Below are positions 29,965-40,924 of a stretch of 64,000 bases of DNA, in pieces; the stretch's first letter is position 1; every line of letters starts with the position of its first letter. The DNA lies in contig JBGSZS010000009.1 of NCBI GenBank assembly GCA_041750285.1, positions 96,001 through 160,000 on the forward strand, read 5' to 3'. The stretch comes from Candidatus Fermentibacteraceae bacterium (GTDB lineage Bacteria; Fermentibacterota; Fermentibacteria; Fermentibacterales; JCC-6). Made by a program: the position numbers and the translations under genes. Under the pieces are notes generated by a model. It did no database searches and was not told the DNA's origin. It saw nothing but the letters and a program-made list of their open reading frames with translations.

Positions 29965-29993
29965 ACCCTAAAGCGGATGCAATCAACTGTCAA
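29965..29993 (-). promoter_or_regulatory. Sigma70-type promoter for the lipoprotein-LysM operon
   Basis: TTGACA-N17-TAGGGT on the minus strand. Confidence 0.55.
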
Positions 29994-30390
29994 GCTTGGT
30001 ATCCTCTTTCCGATTTCCGGGCGGAGCGGTACCGGGTCGAAACTTCCCAATAATGGATAGATAACGAAAAAGGGCCAGAGAGGTCAACAGCCCTGCGGCG
30101 TCGGCCGAAAAGTCCAATATGTCGCAATACCTTCCGGGAACATAATGCTGATGCACTTCATCAAGGGCCGCCCAGAAAAGGCCTGAAAGGCTCGACCACA
30201 GGAGGGGTCTGTTCCGAAAGATGTCGCGGTTGAGGTGGAGGGCGAACCCGAGTCCCGCAAACTCAAGGAAGTGAAACACCTTGTCCTGGTGGGCAAAAAG
30301 CAGAAACGGCGGTTCGAGTGCCGGCTGATGACTCAGCCAAGCTATCGCGAACGCCACTGCCGCCAGGAAAAGACGCCTTGCCGTCAGCAC
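29983..30390 (-). CDS. VanZ-family membrane protein
   Basis: DKVFHFLEFAGLG, LDEVHQHYVPGR..DILDFSADAAG; GTG start overlapping the upstream stop. Confidence 0.85.
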   Translation of the reverse strand: MLTARRLFLAAVAFAIAWLSHQPALEPPFLLFAHQDKVFHFLEFAGLGFALHLNRDIFRNRPLLWSSLSGLFWAALDEVHQHYVPGRYCDILDFSADAAGLLTSLALFRYLSIIGKFRPGTAPPGNRKEDTKLDS

Positions 30391-32330
30391 TGGGTCTTCC
30401 CGAACTGGTCGACGGACAGCACCGCCGGTCCGGCGCCCTTGTTGAGCACGGCGCCCAGGGCTTCCCCGGCAAAACCGGGCAGCCTGGGAACCATGCGGTC
30501 CACGCGTGAAACCGCTCCGCCAACCGCTACCGGCATGGAGAGTTCCCTCTCCCCGGCTGCGAAGGGGGTCACGCTGAATGCCTCCATTATCCTCACTGCG
30601 CATGCCTGCGCAGCGGCACGGTCTGCTCCGGGGATGCAGACGAGGAATCTTCCCGGCGAGAACCTTGTCATGGTGTAGGTTTTGCCGAGGGTATCCGCGA
30701 TCCGTTTCGCGGCATCCCCAAGAAGGGTGTCGCAGGTGCGTGGTCCATACTCGGCGTTCAATGCGCGGAACCCGCAGATGTCCACGGCCAGAACCGCAAC
30801 GGACAGCCCCTTCCTTACATCGTCGACAAGACCAAGAAGCTCCTCCTGGAATGCCGAGTAACAGGGCAGCCCGGTGAGCCTGTCCCGATCGGAAAGGGAT
30901 TCGATGCGTTCAAGGGCGGCCATTCTCGCAGAGAAGACTCCAAATACTGCGCCGACAGCCTCGAGCTGCTTCGAGTGCTCCGGGGTCACTCCGTTCTCAC
31001 TGGAGCTCTCCACGACCAGCACCCCGAAGACAGCCCTCTCCGAGTAGAGCGGTACGGCGCAGCAGGAACCGACCTGCTGCTGGAGGTCATCATCGGAGAT
31101 GAAGGGCCTGATCGATGAATCGCCCCTCCCCACGGCCCTGCGCAAAACGACCCGCCGATTCGACACTGCCCAGCCCGCCACGCCCTTGTCCGCCGGGAAA
31201 AGCCTTCCCCTGCGGGCCGAACTCATCGAGCCCAGGGTTTCGTAGGCCTGAAGCTCCCTGCCGTCTTCCGTGAGCACCGCAACGGTGACGGTCGCACTGT
31301 GGACATGCCTTGCGAGGTTGACCACCATGGAGTGGACGGCCGCCTTCAGCCCTGCCGAGGAGCCCAGTTCGATGCAGATGTCCGTGAGCATGCCGCCCGC
31401 GGGGCTTGCCGTGTCGCCCCACGCCGAGGAGATCACCCCGGCGCTGTCGAGCAGGACCTCGCCGGCCTCGGCCGGTGCGGGTCTGCTGAAGAAATCACAC
31501 ACATATACGCCCCCGAAGACACCGTTGCGGGAGAGCGGTATCATCACGACGCTCGCTGTGCCGGGATCTTCCATGTACCAGGGCAGCCTCCGGTCCACGG
31601 TGGCATCCATTGTCACAAGTCCCTCTGACCTCAGAGCGGCCGACATGAATGGATCGGAGGGAGCCGGGAGGAAAGACTCGGGAACCGAACCGGACGACGC
31701 CAGGAAATCGGAGAGCCTCAGGGCGCCGGCTCCGTCCCGCACCACCAGGAAGACCCCGTTGGCGCCGGTTGCCCTGTGAAGAAGGGGAAGCATGCTTCGT
31801 GCGACATCTTCGGGAAAGAACCCGGGGCGGGCTTCCCTGCGGGCGCCGGGGCGCTGCATGCCCGGACGGGAATGACGCTCGAGCAGGAGGTCGGCCCCGA
31901 ACATGCTCAAAAAAGGCGCGGCGAAAGCGGCAAGCCCGCCCGGAAGCAGGTTCAGCAGGGCAAAAGGGGTTCCCCACCCCGGCGAGAGGTGTCCGAGAAG
32001 CTCGGTAACCGAGACCATGATCCCCGCGTGGTACAAAGGTCCTTCAATTGTGGGCATTCGCATCCAGAGGAAAAGAAGGGGATAAACGGCAACGGCGGGG
32101 GTGAATGCGCCGCCCAGAAGCCTTACCGAAAGGGAAGCCGCGGCGGCCACGCACAACACCACTCCCGAGCGTGGAGTGCTGTCACGAACATGGAGGTGCC
32201 AGGCAAAGAGCAGCGTGGCGCAAAGGAGCACGGCGCCCGTTGCCGTCGCGGGAAGCGTACCCGTACCCGGATAGCCCGCAGCCAGAACGGCAAAGGTCAG
32301 ATGGGATACCACGTTCAGAGCTGTCTCCAT
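30384..32330 (-). CDS. Membrane GAF-GAF-GGDEF-domain protein with a degenerate active site
   Basis: N-terminal TM segments; two GAF-like regions; DRLTGL, DICGFRALNAEYG, RFSPGRF in place of R(Y/F)GG(D/E)EF. Confidence 0.8.
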   Translation of the reverse strand: METALNVVSHLTFAVLAAGYPGTGTLPATATGAVLLCATLLFAWHLHVRDSTPRSGVVLCVAAAASLSVRLLGGAFTPAVAVYPLLFLWMRMPTIEGPLYHAGIMVSVTELLGHLSPGWGTPFALLNLLPGGLAAFAAPFLSMFGADLLLERHSRPGMQRPGARREARPGFFPEDVARSMLPLLHRATGANGVFLVVRDGAGALRLSDFLASSGSVPESFLPAPSDPFMSAALRSEGLVTMDATVDRRLPWYMEDPGTASVVMIPLSRNGVFGGVYVCDFFSRPAPAEAGEVLLDSAGVISSAWGDTASPAGGMLTDICIELGSSAGLKAAVHSMVVNLARHVHSATVTVAVLTEDGRELQAYETLGSMSSARRGRLFPADKGVAGWAVSNRRVVLRRAVGRGDSSIRPFISDDDLQQQVGSCCAVPLYSERAVFGVLVVESSSENGVTPEHSKQLEAVGAVFGVFSARMAALERIESLSDRDRLTGLPCYSAFQEELLGLVDDVRKGLSVAVLAVDICGFRALNAEYGPRTCDTLLGDAAKRIADTLGKTYTMTRFSPGRFLVCIPGADRAAAQACAVRIMEAFSVTPFAAGERELSMPVAVGGAVSRVDRMVPRLPGFAGEALGAVLNKGAGPAVLSVDQFGKTQC

Positions 32331-32513
32331 GATGACGAATGTAACGAAAACACCCGGGCGTGTGGAGGGGGTTGACGCGGTTGACGCAAGCTGAGATGAT
32401 TACCATGTCAGTTTGGCGCAGGCCCATTTCCGGAACAACCCAATTCAGCCTTCAGCCGCAACCTTGTTGGTCAACCTGTATTCCGCCTTCATCGCGGTAG
32501 AATCTCACAACCA

Positions 32514-33893
32514 TTGTATAGAAACAGCCGACAGCAGAAAAGGAAGGATCCCGCAGCCCCCCGGGAACCGCGGGACTACAGGGAGCCTGAAGCCCAGCCC
32601 AGACCTTCTTCCAGGGGCAGTCATCCCGCTTTCACAGGACCAACTTCCAGCGAGTTCGAAAGCAAGACGATCGCCGAGTTGCAGGCCCTCGCGAAAGAGA
32701 TCGGCATAAAAAGGGTCTCGGGCGTCAGGAAGGGCGAGCTCATCCAGAGCCTTCTCGAGGCATCGGCGGAGAAGAACGGTTTTGACTATGCAAGGGGTGT
32801 TCTGGAGGTCCTGGGTGAGGGTTACGGCTTCCTCAGGTCACCCGAGTGCAATTACCTGCCGGGCGTTGAAGACGTCTACGTCTCTCCCTCGCAGATCAAG
32901 AAGTTCTCGCTTCTCACCGGCGACACCATAACGGGTCAGGCCAGAAGGCCCCGCGAAGGCGAGAAGTACTTCGCCCTGGTAAGGGTGGAGAACATAAACG
33001 GGCTCAACCCGGAAGCCAGCAGGAACCGCAGGAAGTTCGACGACCTGACACCCTTCTACCCCGAAGAAAAGTTCTCCCTCGAAACATCCCCCGACGAGTA
33101 CTGCGGTCGCATCATGGACCTTCTCGCCCCGATCGGGAAAGGCCAGAGGGCACTCATAGTCTCACCCCCAAGGGCGGGCAAGACCATCCTCCTCCAGCAC
33201 ATCGCGAACGCAATCACGGCAACGAGCCCCGAATCCCACCTGATAATTCTCCTCATCGACGAGCGCCCCGAGGAAGTCACCGACATGAAGCGCAACGTCA
33301 AGGCCGAGGTGATAAGCTCAACCTTCGACGAGGCTCCCAAACGGCATGTTCACATTGCCGACCTGGTCCTCGAGAAGGCAAAACGAATGGTGGAGTGCGG
33401 CAGGGATGTCGTTATCCTTCTCGACAGCATCACCAGGCTTGCCAGGGCCAACAACCAGGTGGTTCCACACTCGGGCAAGATCCTTTCCGGCGGAGTCGAC
33501 TCCAACGCCCTTCAGCGCCCGAAGCGCTTCTTCGGTGCCGCCCGCAACATCGTCGAGGGGGGAAGCCTGACAATAGTCGGTACCGCACTGGTGGATACCG
33601 GCAGCCGGATGGACGAAGTGATCTTCGAGGAGTTCAAGGGAACCGGCAATTGCGAGATAATCCTCGACAGGCGCCTGGCGGACCGCAGGATCTTCCCGGC
33701 CATAGACATAACGCGTTCGGGCACCCGGCGTGAAGACCTTCTCTTCTCAGAAGACACACTCAGCAGGGTCTGGGTAATGCGCAAGATCCTGGTGGAAATG
33801 AACCCGGTGGAAGCCATGGAAACGCTAAAGAAGCAGCTTTCCAAACACAATTCCAACAAGCGCTTCCTTGACAACCTGGTAACATCGGAATAG
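32514..33893 (+). CDS. rho: Transcription termination factor Rho
   Basis: [67 protein letters not shown]; start codon uncertain. Confidence 0.97.
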   Translation: MYRNSRQQKRKDPAAPREPRDYREPEAQPRPSSRGSHPAFTGPTSSEFESKTIAELQALAKEIGIKRVSGVRKGELIQSLLEASAEKNGFDYARGVLEVLGEGYGFLRSPECNYLPGVEDVYVSPSQIKKFSLLTGDTITGQARRPREGEKYFALVRVENINGLNPEASRNRRKFDDLTPFYPEEKFSLETSPDEYCGRIMDLLAPIGKGQRALIVSPPRAGKTILLQHIANAITATSPESHLIILLIDERPEEVTDMKRNVKAEVISSTFDEAPKRHVHIADLVLEKAKRMVECGRDVVILLDSITRLARANNQVVPHSGKILSGGVDSNALQRPKRFFGAARNIVEGGSLTIVGTALVDTGSRMDEVIFEEFKGTGNCEIILDRRLADRRIFPAIDITRSGTRREDLLFSEDTLSRVWVMRKILVEMNPVEAMETLKKQLSKHNSNKRFLDNLVTSE

Positions 33894-33925
33894 ATTTCGG
33901 GCGGTTTTTCCATGGAGGATCTCAA

Positions 33926-34150
33926 GTGAAAAAGGGCATTCATCCCAAGTACAAACCCGCCGTGTTTTCCTGCGCATGCGGCAACACGGTGAGCACACGC
34001 TCCACGGTGGGTGACGTGAAGTATGACATCTGCTCGGCCTGCCATCCCTTCTACACGGGCAAGCAGAAGCTTATCGACTCCGCTGGCCGCGTGGACAAGT
34101 ACCTTCGCAAGTACGGTTTGAACAAGGAAGAGAACACCGGCGGAAACTAG
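33926..34150 (+). CDS. rpmE: 50S ribosomal protein L31 (zinc-binding type)
   Basis: [28 protein letters not shown]. Confidence 0.97.
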   Translation: MKKGIHPKYKPAVFSCACGNTVSTRSTVGDVKYDICSACHPFYTGKQKLIDSAGRVDKYLRKYGLNKEENTGGN

Positions 34151-34170
34151 CCCGGCGGGGAAGAGTTGTG

Positions 34171-34198
34171 GCGGGGGGCGTGCGCGCCCCCCGCTTGT
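34171..34198 (+). terminator. GC-rich hairpin after rpmE (weak terminator or stabilizer)
   Basis: gcggggggcg-tgcg-cgccccccgc followed by ttgt. Confidence 0.5.
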
Positions 34199-34219
34199 GC
34201 TCATGGACGGGAGGGCGAT

Positions 34220-35149
34220 TTGCCTGCTTCGAGTTCCCTTGGCGGCCAGGCACTTGTGGAGGGCGTGTTCATGCGCTCCCCTGCGGGTTCCGCAGCGGCT
34301 GTCCGCATGCCTGACGGCAGAATACTGGCAAGACGTTTCAACATGCCCCTTCTCTCGGCCAGTGGAGCCATCTGGAAAAGGCCCGTCTTCCGCGGCGCCG
34401 CTTCACTTGTCGATTCCATGCGCCTTGGTTTCACTGCCCTGAACTGGTCCGCCGAGGCCGCCGAAGGCAAAAAAAGCAAGGGCGGAAGCGGATGGCTGAC
34501 AACCGCTGTTGCGGTTCTCCTGGCTGTGGCCCTGTTCTCGTGGCTGCCCCTCAGGCTCTCACAGTGGGTGTTCCCGGGGGCCGGTTCGGGGGGCCAGTTC
34601 GTGGTTCACCTGACGGCGGGGCTGCTGCGTATGGTCTTCTTCGTGCTCTACATAGCGGGCATCTCGTTTATGCCCGACGTCAAGCGGCTTTTCGCCTATC
34701 ATGGTGCCGAGCACCAGGTTATCCACGCCTGGGAGGACGGCGAGACAGACCTCGCCGCTGCGGGTGGCAACCGGAATCCCGTACATCCCAGGTGCGGAAC
34801 CAGCTTCCTTCTTTACGCCATGATCATCACCATTCTCTTCTACACCATCGTTGATTCCATGGTCGTTGCCTTTCTTAACGTCTCCCCCGGACCGCTCGTG
34901 AGGGTTCTCTACCACCTTCCCCTGGTTCCCCTGGTGATGGGGCTTTCCTACGAGATCCTCAAGCTTGCGGACCGCCACCTCGAAACTTCGGCCGTTGCAA
35001 GGCTGTTTTCCGCCCCCGGTCTTCTTCTGCAAAAGCTCACCACCCGCAGGGCGGACCGTTCAATGCTGGAGGTGGCTGCGGTCGCGGCGGGTCTCGCCCT
35101 TGGTCGCGACCAGGCGGACAACCCCGGAGTGGAGATGGCAGAGTGCTGA
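34220..35149 (+). CDS. DUF1385 membrane protein
   Basis: [46 protein letters not shown] and TTG; usual position between rpmE and prfA. Confidence 0.9.
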   Translation: MPASSSLGGQALVEGVFMRSPAGSAAAVRMPDGRILARRFNMPLLSASGAIWKRPVFRGAASLVDSMRLGFTALNWSAEAAEGKKSKGGSGWLTTAVAVLLAVALFSWLPLRLSQWVFPGAGSGGQFVVHLTAGLLRMVFFVLYIAGISFMPDVKRLFAYHGAEHQVIHAWEDGETDLAAAGGNRNPVHPRCGTSFLLYAMIITILFYTIVDSMVVAFLNVSPGPLVRVLYHLPLVPLVMGLSYEILKLADRHLETSAVARLFSAPGLLLQKLTTRRADRSMLEVAAVAAGLALGRDQADNPGVEMAEC

Positions 35150-36219
35150 ACTCCATGAGGATCGACGGCATCCGCGAGAGGATCGCGCAGATAGATGATT
35201 CTCTGTGCAGTTCCGACACACAGCGGAACCCAAGGCTTCTCCGCGAACTGAACACTGAAAGGAACTCGCTTTCCAGGATACTGGACACACTTGTGGCCAT
35301 ATCCGAATCCCGAAGCCTTCTGGAGGAGATGCACGAGGCGCTTTCAGGAGACGACGAGGAACTGCGGGAACTCGCCCGCGAAGAGGTTCCCCGGATAGAT
35401 GAGCGGCTTCGTGAACTCGAGACCAGGCTGAGGGTTCTTCTCATCCCCCCCGATCCCAACGATTCCCGGAACGTCGTGATGGAGATCCGCGCCGGAACGG
35501 GAGGTGAAGAGGCTGCGCTGTTCGCGGGATCGATCTACGGGATGTACACTTCCTACGCCATTTCGAAGGGCTGGCGGATCGAGCCCATCAGCGCACGGGA
35601 GAGCGAAAAGGGCGGCTTCAGGGAGATCGTCTACGCCCTCTCGGGCGATTCCGTCTACAGCCGTCTCAAGTACGAGGCCGGGGTCCATCGCGTTCAGAGG
35701 GTCCCGGAGACGGAGAGTTCCGGCCGCATCCACACGTCGGCCTGCACCGTTGCGGTGCTTCCCGAAGCCGAGGATGTCGAGGTCGACATCGCGCCCGAAG
35801 ATCTTCGGATCGATGTGTTCCGTTCTTCGGGGCCGGGCGGTCAGAGCGTGAATACGACCGACAGCGCCGTGCGGATAACCCACATCCCGACCGGAACCGT
35901 AGTCAGCTGCCAGGACGAGAAAAGCCAGCACAAGAACCGTGCCCAGGCAATGAAAGTCCTTCGTTCAAGGCTTCTTGCCGTGAAGCAGGAAGAGGAAATG
36001 GCCAGGAGGTCGGAAGCCAGGAAGAGCATGGTCGGCTCCGGCGACCGCAGCGCCAAGATCAGAACCTACAACTTCCCCCAGGGCAGGGTGACCGATCACC
36101 GGATACACCTCACCCTCCATAACCTTCAGGGCATCCTTCAGGGTGACCTCGACGGTCTCATCGATGCCCTGGTCGCCGCCGACCAGGAGAAAATGCTCTC
36201 GGACCGTTCGGTGAAATGA
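35143..36219 (+). CDS. prfA: Peptide chain release factor 1
   Basis: [25 protein letters not shown] (PxT), [24 protein letters not shown]. Confidence 0.97.
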   Translation: MLNSMRIDGIRERIAQIDDSLCSSDTQRNPRLLRELNTERNSLSRILDTLVAISESRSLLEEMHEALSGDDEELRELAREEVPRIDERLRELETRLRVLLIPPDPNDSRNVVMEIRAGTGGEEAALFAGSIYGMYTSYAISKGWRIEPISARESEKGGFREIVYALSGDSVYSRLKYEAGVHRVQRVPETESSGRIHTSACTVAVLPEAEDVEVDIAPEDLRIDVFRSSGPGGQSVNTTDSAVRITHIPTGTVVSCQDEKSQHKNRAQAMKVLRSRLLAVKQEEEMARRSEARKSMVGSGDRSAKIRTYNFPQGRVTDHRIHLTLHNLQGILQGDLDGLIDALVAADQEKMLSDRSVK

Positions 36220-37040
36220 ACCTTCACCTGCTAGTGAAGGAACTCACCGCAATCGTTTCCGGCACCGACCAGCCGTACAGGGAAGCCAGGCTTCTGGCTG
36301 CCTCCCTTTTCGGGGGAGACATGGCGGCAATGTACCGTAGCTATCGCACCGATGTGTCACCCGAATCCGCCTGCCGCCTCAGACTTGCTGCTGTGCGGAG
36401 GGCCAGGGGCGAACCACTTCAACACATCCTGGGCGAAGCGTGGTTCCACGGGCGAAGGTTTGTCTGCGATGGAAGGGCGCTTGTACCAAGACCGGAGACT
36501 GAAACCCTGGTTGATGCGGTGCTTGCGGCCGGCCTGCCCCGGAATCCGCGGGTACTGGATGTCGGGACGGGAAGCGGAGTGATAGGAATCACGCTGGCAC
36601 TGTCCATACCCGGGAGTTCCGTGACCGGAACCGACATAAGTCCGGCGTCAGCAGCGCTGGCAAGGGAAAACGCGCGGCTTCTGGGAGCGGCCGGCTTCAC
36701 GGTCATCGAGACAGATCTGGCCGCTGGACTCGAAGGCTTGTTTCACGCTGTGGTCTCCAACCCACCATACATCCCGACGGGCGACATCCCGGGTCTGATG
36801 CCCGAAGTCCGGTTCGACCCGGTCGAAGCACTTGACGGCGGAGCTTCAGGCCTCGACTGTACGGGCAGACTTGTGTATGAAGCGGGGGGCGTGCTGCTTC
36901 CGGGAGGGCTGCTGGCCATCGAGATCGGCTGCGACCAGTCCCGTGCCGTATGCGACATGTTGTTGAACTGGAATGACGTGAGAGTTGTCGATGACCTGTC
37001 CGGAAGGCCGAGGGTGGTAACTGCAAGGCGGAAACCCTGA
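36216..37040 (+). CDS. prmC: Release factor glutamine methyltransferase
   Basis: [34 protein letters not shown]. Confidence 0.95.
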   Translation: MNLHLLVKELTAIVSGTDQPYREARLLAASLFGGDMAAMYRSYRTDVSPESACRLRLAAVRRARGEPLQHILGEAWFHGRRFVCDGRALVPRPETETLVDAVLAAGLPRNPRVLDVGTGSGVIGITLALSIPGSSVTGTDISPASAALARENARLLGAAGFTVIETDLAAGLEGLFHAVVSNPPYIPTGDIPGLMPEVRFDPVEALDGGASGLDCTGRLVYEAGGVLLPGGLLAIEIGCDQSRAVCDMLLNWNDVRVVDDLSGRPRVVTARRKP

Positions 37041-37041
37041 C

Positions 37042-38115
37042 ATGGCAAGCAGACTGCAGGTCTGCGCAGGGGGGCTTCTGATCGGGGGCGGAGCTCCGGT
37101 ATCGGTGCAATCCATGACGACCACCCCCACGAAGGATGCCGCTGCAACGCGTGCCCAGGTCCGCGCCCTGGCATCCGCCGGAGCTGCCCTGGTCAGGGTG
37201 TCGGTCCCCGACGAGGAATCCGCCCGTGCGCTCCCCGAGATCCTCGAGAATTCACCGGTGCCCATTGCGGCGGACATCCACTTCCAGACCCGCCTTGCCA
37301 TGCTGTCCCTCGATGCGGGCATTCACAAGCTCAGGCTGAACCCCGGCAACATCCGTAGGCGGAAGGATGTCTGGCGGATCGCGGAGAAGGCGGCCGAGCT
37401 GAATGTGCCGATCAGGATCGGGGTCAACTCGGGAAGCATTCCGGGCGACGTGAGGGAAAAGTACGGATCGGGGGTCGATGGCCTGTGGGCAGCTGCCGAA
37501 CGCCATCTGGGGCTCCTGGGTGAAACGGGGTTCACCCGGACTGTGGTTTCCATCAAGGCGTCCGACCCCATGCTGACCGTGTCGGCAAACCTCAAGGCAG
37601 CATCACTGTGCGACCACCCTCTGCATCTCGGCGTCACCGAGGCAGGCCCCCCGTCGACCGCGGGTGTCCGAAGCGCCGTGGCAATGGCCCTGCTTCTCTC
37701 CCGGGGCGTTGGCGACACCATCAGGGTCAGCTCGTCGGGCTCCCCTCTTGTGGAACCCCCCATGGGCCTTGAAATATTATCTTCACTCGGGATGCTGCGC
37801 CGTGCAAGGGTCGTCAGCTGCCCGACATGCGCCAGGGCACGGCTGGATGTGGCAGCACTGGCGGAAGAGGTCGGGATTGCCCTGAGATCCTGCGAGGCTC
37901 CTATCACCGTGGCGGTGATGGGATGTGAGGTAAACGGTCCCGGGGAAGCCCGGGAAGCTGATATTGCGCTTATTGGAACCCCGACGGGAATCCTTCTCTG
38001 GCTGCATGGAAAGGCTGCGGGAGAGGTTGCACCGGAACAGGCACTTCAAACCCTGATGAGGGAGATAGCGCGGTTCTCCGCGCCGGGAGGAAACTGTGAA
38101 CGAGAACGCAGTTGA
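37042..38115 (+). CDS. ispG: (E)-4-hydroxy-3-methylbut-2-enyl diphosphate synthase
   Basis: SVQSMT, ADIHF, RLNPGNI, IRIGVNSGS, LHLGVTEAG, GDTIRVS, SCPTCAR, AVMGCEVNGPGE. Confidence 0.95.
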   Translation: MASRLQVCAGGLLIGGGAPVSVQSMTTTPTKDAAATRAQVRALASAGAALVRVSVPDEESARALPEILENSPVPIAADIHFQTRLAMLSLDAGIHKLRLNPGNIRRRKDVWRIAEKAAELNVPIRIGVNSGSIPGDVREKYGSGVDGLWAAAERHLGLLGETGFTRTVVSIKASDPMLTVSANLKAASLCDHPLHLGVTEAGPPSTAGVRSAVAMALLLSRGVGDTIRVSSSGSPLVEPPMGLEILSSLGMLRRARVVSCPTCARARLDVAALAEEVGIALRSCEAPITVAVMGCEVNGPGEAREADIALIGTPTGILLWLHGKAAGEVAPEQALQTLMREIARFSAPGGNCERERS

Positions 38116-39520
38116 GGCCGTAAGAAAAAAACTCGTGGAACGGTGCATCGAAGAGATCGACATCCGTTTCTGCGATCTTCTGGGTTTCTGGAGGCATGTT
38201 ACGCTGCCCGCGGCGCTGGGCGATTCCGACCTTTTCACAAGGGGGGTGGGGTTCGACGGCTCAACCCTTGAAGGCATGACCTCCACCGAGGCGGGCGACC
38301 TGAGCCTGGTCCCGGACCCGAGAAGGATATTCTTCGATCCCTTCATGAAAAAGCCCACTGCGGCCTTCATCGGCGACATCATCCATCCCGATTCGGGACG
38401 CCCCTTTTCCCGAGACCCAAGAGGTGTGGCCAGAAAGGCAGCTGAACTGGCCAAGTTCGAGGGTGCCGCCACTGAAACCTTCTGGGCCCCCGAATTCGAG
38501 TTCTACCTCTTCGACAAGGCGTCGTTCTGGACAAGGCCCGGCACCGCGGGGTACTCATTCGAGCACATAGAGATGCCCTCTTCTGCCGAGCACCACCAGA
38601 ACATGGGGCTTGTTCACGGCACCCATTCCGCATACCACATGATGCCCCCGCTTGACAGCATGCATGACCTGCGGGCCGAGATGGCGGCCCACATGACCGC
38701 GGCCGGAATACCCGTGAAGTACCACCACCACGAGGTGGGAAGGTTCGGTCAGTGCGAGATCGAGACGCGGTTCATGCCCCTGCTCAACGCGGCTGACACC
38801 ATCATGATCACGAAGCACATAGTCCGCAACGTGGCCATGAGGGGCAACATGGCCTCGACTTTCATGGCCAAGCCGCTGCCCGCGCAGCCGGGAAGCGGCA
38901 TGCACTTCCACATCTATTTCGAGAAGAACGGTGAGCGGACCTTCTTCGACCGTGACGGATACTGCTGCCTGAGCGCAATGGCCCGAAGCGCCATCGCCGG
39001 CATTCTTCACCACGCCCGGTCGCTCTGCGCTTTTACGAATCCCAGCGTGAACAGCTACCACAGGCTCGTACCCGCCCAGGAGGCCCCCGTCTTCAGGTTC
39101 TTCAGCGGCCCGAACCGAAGCAGCGCCATAAGGGTTCCAGCCTACGCCAGAACCCCCCAGAAAATGCGCTTCGAATACCGGGTCCCCGACGGCACGAGCA
39201 ATCCGTATCTGTGCACCTCGGCCATCCTCATGGCAGCGCTCGACGGGATAAGAAAGCACATGGAACCCGAAGAGATGGGGTTCGGCCCGATAGACGACAA
39301 CGTGTTCGCCCCCGGCTACGACACATCGGCCCTTGCCAGGCTTCCCGAGAACCTCGGCCAGTCTCTCGACGCGCTGTCGGAGGACAGGGCATACCTCGAA
39401 GAGAACGGTGTTTTCGAGCCGGACCTCATCGACAGCCTCATCCAGGTGAAACGTGAAGAACTGCGTAGTTTCAGCGGGAACCCGCATCCACTTGAACACA
39501 TGCTCTACTTCTCTCTCTGA
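38096..39520 (+). CDS. glnA: Glutamine synthetase type I
   Basis: GFDGS, PEFEFY, HHHEVG, GSGMHFH, NSYHRL, NRSSAIRVP, RFEYRVPD..NPY. Confidence 0.93.
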   Translation: MNENAVEAVRKKLVERCIEEIDIRFCDLLGFWRHVTLPAALGDSDLFTRGVGFDGSTLEGMTSTEAGDLSLVPDPRRIFFDPFMKKPTAAFIGDIIHPDSGRPFSRDPRGVARKAAELAKFEGAATETFWAPEFEFYLFDKASFWTRPGTAGYSFEHIEMPSSAEHHQNMGLVHGTHSAYHMMPPLDSMHDLRAEMAAHMTAAGIPVKYHHHEVGRFGQCEIETRFMPLLNAADTIMITKHIVRNVAMRGNMASTFMAKPLPAQPGSGMHFHIYFEKNGERTFFDRDGYCCLSAMARSAIAGILHHARSLCAFTNPSVNSYHRLVPAQEAPVFRFFSGPNRSSAIRVPAYARTPQKMRFEYRVPDGTSNPYLCTSAILMAALDGIRKHMEPEEMGFGPIDDNVFAPGYDTSALARLPENLGQSLDALSEDRAYLEENGVFEPDLIDSLIQVKREELRSFSGNPHPLEHMLYFSL

Positions 39521-39530
39521 AGGAAGAAGG

Positions 39531-40676
39531 ATGGTTATGAAGCTTTTACCGGCAAGTGCGCTTTTTCTTGCACTGCTTCTCTCTTCGGCGTGCGGACCTG
39601 CGGATCAGCCCGTGCAGGCCGGCGATACCGAAACCGAAACCGGCCCTTCGATGCCCGACGCCGAACTCTGGCTCACCATCTCCGACTCGATAGGAATCGA
39701 GATCGGCGACAGCAACCTTGTACTTGGAATGCCGGCGGTGGCGGCCTGGATGCCCGAAAACCGGCTTGCTGTAATGGATATGCAGAAGTACAGGGTATCG
39801 GTGTTCACTCCCGGGGGCGATTTCATCACTTCCATCGGGCGCCAGGGCAGCGGTCCGGGCGAGTTCCTCCTCCCGTCGTGGCTTTCGGTCACACCCTCGG
39901 GGGGACTTGCAGTATGTGACGCCATGGCCGGCGAACTCGATTTCTTCAGCCCCACTCTCGAGTACACCGGAAGCCTCAGCGGCTTCTTCCCAAGCCCCCC
40001 CGTGATCACCGTCTTCCTCCAGGACACCGTTTTCGTCGGCATGAAGCCCGAGTTCGAGCAGAACGACGACGGCATGTTCATGGGCTACGCAGTGGCCCTG
40101 TGGAACACCACGTCGCCCGAGCCCGTTGTCACCTACCATCGTGAGCTCGCTCCCTTCGACCCGTCGGACATGTCCGGCATAACAGGCAACATGGTTGTCT
40201 TTGCAGCTTCTCCAGAAGGTTTCGTCTACACCTCGATGCTCTCCACCGAGGCATATTCGGTGAACGGCTGGAACCCCGACGGCACACCGCTGTTCACGAT
40301 CAGCGAGCCTTTCAGCAGGGTTCCCAAGACCCAGGAGGACATCGACACCGAGAGGCAGTTCGTGAGGGACCGGATGCGCCAGGGTGGCGCCCCCGATTTC
40401 ATGGTGGAGACCTACGAGCCCGAACCTTTCCGTTACGCCATCGGCTCACTGGGGATATCACCCGACGGAAACCTCTGGGTCGGTCTGGGCACCTATAACC
40501 ACCCGGTTTTCAGGGTGTACGATCCCCGGACGGGCGACTATCTCTTCACGGCGGCACTCGAGGTAACGGGAGAAGAGCGTGAACTCACCGTTCAGATGAA
40601 CCAGTGGGGATTCACCGCCATCGACCAGATCTCCGCGGACTGGCCTCGGGTATACGTTCTGGAGGAGTTGAACTGA
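39531..40676 (+). CDS. 6-bladed beta-propeller lipoprotein
   Basis: Lipobox LSSA-C; SIGRQGSGPGEF NHL-like motif; repeated blades; paralog of 59614..60720. Confidence 0.75.
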   Translation: MVMKLLPASALFLALLLSSACGPADQPVQAGDTETETGPSMPDAELWLTISDSIGIEIGDSNLVLGMPAVAAWMPENRLAVMDMQKYRVSVFTPGGDFITSIGRQGSGPGEFLLPSWLSVTPSGGLAVCDAMAGELDFFSPTLEYTGSLSGFFPSPPVITVFLQDTVFVGMKPEFEQNDDGMFMGYAVALWNTTSPEPVVTYHRELAPFDPSDMSGITGNMVVFAASPEGFVYTSMLSTEAYSVNGWNPDGTPLFTISEPFSRVPKTQEDIDTERQFVRDRMRQGGAPDFMVETYEPEPFRYAIGSLGISPDGNLWVGLGTYNHPVFRVYDPRTGDYLFTAALEVTGEERELTVQMNQWGFTAIDQISADWPRVYVLEELN

Positions 40677-40924
40677 TGGTGCTGATCGCGCTGCTGCTTT
40701 CCTTCGGGACCGGCTTCCGATGTCCGGAGACCGGAAGCAGCGCGATCACACGCTTCCTTCCCGATTTCCTGACCCAGTCCGTTGAGGCCGTCTGCGAGAA
40801 GATGTCCGATGTCATGGCCAGATACGGCACCGTGGAAATAGGAGACACTGGCCTCGAGCTGCGGATAAGCCCCTACGATCCGTTTTCCGGACGCTCGAAG
40901 GTCGACCTCAGGATCAGTTTCTGA
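40676..40924 (+). CDS. Small secreted hypothetical protein (82 aa)
   Basis: GGAGGAG RBS; start overlaps the upstream stop (TGATG); hydrophobic N-terminus; ends VDLRISF. Confidence 0.55.
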   Translation: MVLIALLLSFGTGFRCPETGSSAITRFLPDFLTQSVEAVCEKMSDVMARYGTVEIGDTGLELRISPYDPFSGRSKVDLRISF

